DNA of 52,969 nucleotides, the filler included, from Catajapyx aquilonaris (taxonomy: Eukaryota), in the NCBI GenBank assembly GCA_000934665.2. It is 2 parts of 2 records of this genome, joined end to end, with 100 filler letters (N's around TTAATTAATTAA, not from the genome) between each part and the next. Parts side by side here need not be neighbours in the genome. Positions count along the whole stretch, not along the records: positions 26,554 to 52,969 come from JYFJ02005212.1; 1 more part is not named here. One strand, given 5' to 3'. Each line of letters opens with the position of its first letter. Position 1 is the stretch's first letter. Shown here piece by piece: positions 52,101 to 52,969 of the stretch. The position numbers were made by a program, and so were the translations under genes. A model generated the notes under the pieces. The model searched no databases, was not told the DNA's origin, and saw only the letters and a program-made list of their open reading frames with translations.

Positions 52101-52483
52101 GACACTGAGCGAAAATCATGCAATCAGTTTATATATGGTGGATGCCTTGGGAATAGCAATCGATTTACTACGAGAGAAGACTGTGAAACCAGATGTACTG
52201 AGAAGAGTACTGTAGGTGAGTGCATGTGTAGTGTATGCTCGTGATGAGTAGAATGCATCAGAACATGCTGACTAGTTGTGAATTACATAATAATTTTTTA
52301 AAGATGTTTGTGAGCAGCCTAAGACTGAGGGTCCTTGTCATGGCAACTTCACTCGCTGGTACTATGACAGTGAAGAGGACTGGTGCAAGGAGTTTACTTA
52401 TGGTGGATGTAAGGGGAACAGGAATAACTTCCTTGCTGAGCGAGAGTGCCACCAACGATGCCGCCACCAAGGGCGAGCCAAAG
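31119..52483 (+). CDS. Ppn: Papilin/lacunin-like extracellular matrix glycoprotein; 26 exons, 3'-partial (continues beyond the window), about 1842 aa
   Basis: Hand-spliced exons join in frame through GT-AG introns (one GC-AG). The domain order (signal peptide, TSP1, ADAMTS Cys-rich/spacer, 6x TSP1, S/T-rich, GCCPD repeats, Kunitz array) with no metalloprotease domain is diagnostic of invertebrate papilin. Confidence 0.95.
38380..38440 (+). CDS. Ppn: Papilin exon 2 (PYLILVIILFYCFDCLATKE), hydrophobic core of signal peptide
   Basis: Polypyrimidine tract with ttgcag acceptor and GAG|gtgagt donor. Encodes a hydrophobic stretch. Phase 2 to phase 0. Confidence 0.85.
40664..40887 (+). CDS. Ppn: Papilin exon 3: His-rich N-terminus, RPKR site, start of TSP1 repeat 1 (WGPWSEPSDCSRSCGGG)
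   Basis: ttgtag acceptor, AG|gtgagt donor, canonical TSP1 motif. Confidence 0.93.
42068..42128 (+). CDS. Ppn: Papilin exon 4 (PEGSHSCTGPPKRYFSCNIQ)
   Basis: tttgcag acceptor, CAG|gtgagt donor, C-terminal half of TSP1. Confidence 0.93.
43580..43662 (+). CDS. Ppn: Papilin exon 5 (DCPEGAQDFRAAQCTEFNEQAFEGRFY-E)
   Basis: ADAMTS Cys-rich DFRxxQC motif; ttacag acceptor and gtgagt donor. Confidence 0.93.
43717..43867 (+). CDS. Ppn: Papilin exon 6 (WLPYTKAPNKCELNC...VIDGTRC...ICVDGKCL)
   Basis: ADAMTS Cys-rich motifs with canonical splice sites. Confidence 0.95.
43950..44073 (+). CDS. Ppn: Papilin exon 7 ([27 protein letters not shown]...)
   Basis: GCD..LGS..DKC..CGGDGS.C motif; ttgcag acceptor and gtgggt donor. 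Confidence 0.93.
44104..44193 (+). repeat. Intronic minisatellite, 20-bp unit GGAGTA(G/C)TGCTCATGTGAAG, about 4.5 copies
   Basis: Directly visible tandem copies at 44104, 44124, 44144 and 44164, plus a partial copy. Confidence 0.95.
45211..45291 (+). CDS. Ppn: Papilin exon 8, ADAMTS spacer (GYNDVLLIPAGATNILVKERTASNNYL)
   Basis: Spacer motif IPAGATNI..NYLA; gtgcag acceptor and gtaatg donor. Confidence 0.93.
45382..45554 (+). CDS. Ppn: Papilin exon 9, spacer (VRNLTGYYFLNGNW...ALGPTNESIYIV)
   Basis: Spacer motifs YFLNG and GPT; canonical sites in phase. Confidence 0.93.
45632..45764 (+). CDS. Ppn: Papilin exon 10, end of spacer and start of TSP1 repeat 2
   Basis: GIDYEYSLP...YSW...ECNAPCGG; tttcag acceptor and gtaatt donor. 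Confidence 0.92.
45837..45963 (+). CDS. Ppn: Papilin exon 11, TSP1 repeat 2 (SRYRDVRC...CNTDPCQP)
   Basis: In-frame translation with TSP1 cysteine spacing; tgatag acceptor and gtaaat donor. Confidence 0.92.
46034..46247 (+). CDS. Ppn: Papilin exon 12, TSP1 repeat 3
   Basis: WFIGDWNACSATCGEG; cttcag acceptor and gtatgt donor. Confidence 0.94.
46544..46723 (+). CDS. Ppn: Papilin exon 13, TSP1 repeat 4
   Basis: CDHLCGDGVQRRRVVC; tttcag acceptor and gtaagt donor. Confidence 0.94.
46762..47012. mobile_element. pogo/Tigger-like MITE in papilin intron 13, 251 bp
   Basis: Perfect 11-bp TIR CAGTGAAACCT, the same terminus as 26598-26775. Flanked by CA on both sides. Confidence 0.65.
47067..47237 (+). 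CDS. Ppn: Papilin exon 14, TSP1 repeat 5
   Basis: CDKCGQTNESRQVLC...WYATQWSE; atttag acceptor and gtaatt donor. Confidence 0.92.
47317..47499 (+). CDS. Ppn: Papilin exon 15, TSP1 repeat 6
   Basis: CSSRCGAGVKSRLVFC...WYAGPWSK; ttccag acceptor and gtagga donor. Confidence 0.93.
47581..47722 (+). CDS. Ppn: Papilin exon 16, TSP1 repeat 7
   Basis: CSKNCGGGIMTRKILC...CNGHPC; gaccag acceptor and gtaaac donor. Confidence 0.93.
47799..47902 (+). CDS. Ppn: Papilin exon 17, acidic linker (DEIMPMEPEEVVDEEEECIDEEEYISTTDSILGSG)
   Basis: ttgcag acceptor and GGG|gttggt donor. Phase 1 to phase 0 fits both neighbours. Confidence 0.85.
47979..49557 (+). CDS. Ppn: Papilin exon 18, 526-aa acidic Ser/Thr-rich domain of N-X-T repeats
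   Basis: ccacag acceptor, open frame contiguous with ORF 48087..49622, CAG|gtatgt donor. Phase 0 to phase 1. Confidence 0.9.
48333..48530 (+). repeat. Coding tandem repeat, 66 bp x3 (ESNETEISSTEFTTLDLNVTTE)
   Basis: Near-identical units start at 48333, 48399 and 48465. Confidence 0.95.
48849..48986 (+). repeat. Coding tandem repeat, 30 bp x about 4.6 (DLNMTESTTV)
   Basis: Near-identical units start at 48849, 48879, 48909, 48939 and 48969. Confidence 0.95.
49778..49930 (+). CDS. Ppn: Papilin exon 19 (RTPFEMAV...CKPRKKK...FGCCPDGVTEVKGPFLQ); ends at a GC donor
   Basis: atgcag acceptor, first GCCPD repeat, donor CAAG|gcaagt. Confidence 0.88.
49986..50184 (+). CDS. Ppn: Papilin exon 20, lagrin-like repeats
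   Basis: CNDTEFGCCPD and CEETLFGCCPD; aacag acceptor and gtaagt donor. Confidence 0.92.
50424..50659 (+). CDS. Ppn: Papilin exon 21, lagrin-like repeats
   Basis: FGCCPD, YGCCPV and FGCCPD; ttacag acceptor and gtgcga donor. Confidence 0.92.
50860..51121 (+). CDS. Ppn: Papilin exon 22, lagrin-like repeats
   Basis: HGCCED, FGCCPD and HGCCPD; aaatag acceptor and gtatgt donor. Confidence 0.9.
51186..51502 (+). CDS. Ppn: Papilin exon 23, lagrin-like repeats
   Basis: Four GCCxD repeats; ctttag acceptor and gtaagt donor. Confidence 0.92.
51724..51900 (+). CDS. Ppn: Papilin exon 24, Kunitz domain 1
   Basis: CSLDRDRGSCRNF...FWYGGCEGNDNRFGSQEEC; phase 1-1 exon. Confidence 0.95.
52039..52215 (+). CDS. 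Ppn: Papilin exon 25, Kunitz domain 2
   Basis: CYLPKVAGPCEGYYPSWYYD...FIYGGCLGNSNRFTTREDC; phase 1-1 exon. Confidence 0.95.
   Translation, partial: RRATYQRSLVHVRAIIPAGIMTLSENHAISLYMVDALGIAIDLLREKTVKPDVLRRVL
52304..52483 (+). CDS. Ppn: Papilin exon 26, Kunitz domain 3
   Basis: CEQPKTEGPCHGNFTRWYYD...FTYGGCKGNRNNFLAEREC; phase 1-1 exon. Confidence 0.95.
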
Positions 52484-52969
52484 GTAATGGGAATGAATGG
52501 TGTGATTGCTTCAAAAACTTTTTTTCCAGGAAATCAATGCAAATCAGGGTCATCTGACAGTGAGATCATTTGAGCCATTGAAAGATGCAAGTGAATAAGA
52601 TTTAAAATTCTAAGACATTTCCGTGATATACGATTTTGAACAATAATAAAGGTCATTAAATCACTGCTGGGTTTAGAGGGTGTTCATTATTAGCCTGTTG
52701 ATTAGATGAATTTTTAAAGACTGATGTACTTAGCAGGATAAAGGAATGTCAGACATCAGCACTTTTATAGGAATAATATAATGCTAGCGACATTTGAAAA
52801 TGAGCCTGGCAGTTGGCAAAGTTTGCGAAAAGATCATGAAAGGTAATGCAACAATTCTTGGTGTCCAGTGATGCCTTCTACAATTTCCACATTTCTAGAT
52901 ATTGATCACCTTTCATTGGCAAAATTATAGCTCAAGGGAAAGAAATGCTAGATACATACAATACTGTGT

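Noticed and set aside
52561..52583. TGAGATCATTT resembling bantam miRNA
   Set aside because: The match stops after about 11 nt and no precursor hairpin is evident.
52484..52969. Further exon after Kunitz 3 (AG sites near 52529 and 52898)
   Set aside because: The frames following these sites show no Kunitz pattern and soon hit stops, so I treated the region as intron.

Overview
This is eukaryotic, most likely arthropod, genomic DNA, so the ORF track is mostly noise. The right 22 kb (31119-52483, + strand) holds the 5' part of a papilin/lacunin-type extracellular-matrix gene. I assembled 26 exons by hand with consistent splice phases: 5527 nt, about 1842 aa, with the gene running off the window. 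The domain order is signal peptide, furin-like RPKR, TSP1, ADAMTS Cys-rich and spacer domains, six more TSP1 repeats, a 526-aa acidic Ser/Thr domain, 13 lagrin-like GCCxD repeats and the first three Kunitz domains. The most unusual part is the 1579-nt exon 18. By my count it encodes about 54 Asn, every one in an N-X-T/S sequon, with no Lys, Arg or Cys. It is bracketed by two orphan cysteines, one in an acidic patch and one in a basic patch. One intron has a GC donor. The left 31 kb has no supportable coding gene. It contains several Tc1/mariner/pogo-type MITEs, TAAT-rich regulatory-looking blocks, a strong CpG mosaic and an artificial 100-bp scaffold spacer at 26454-26553.
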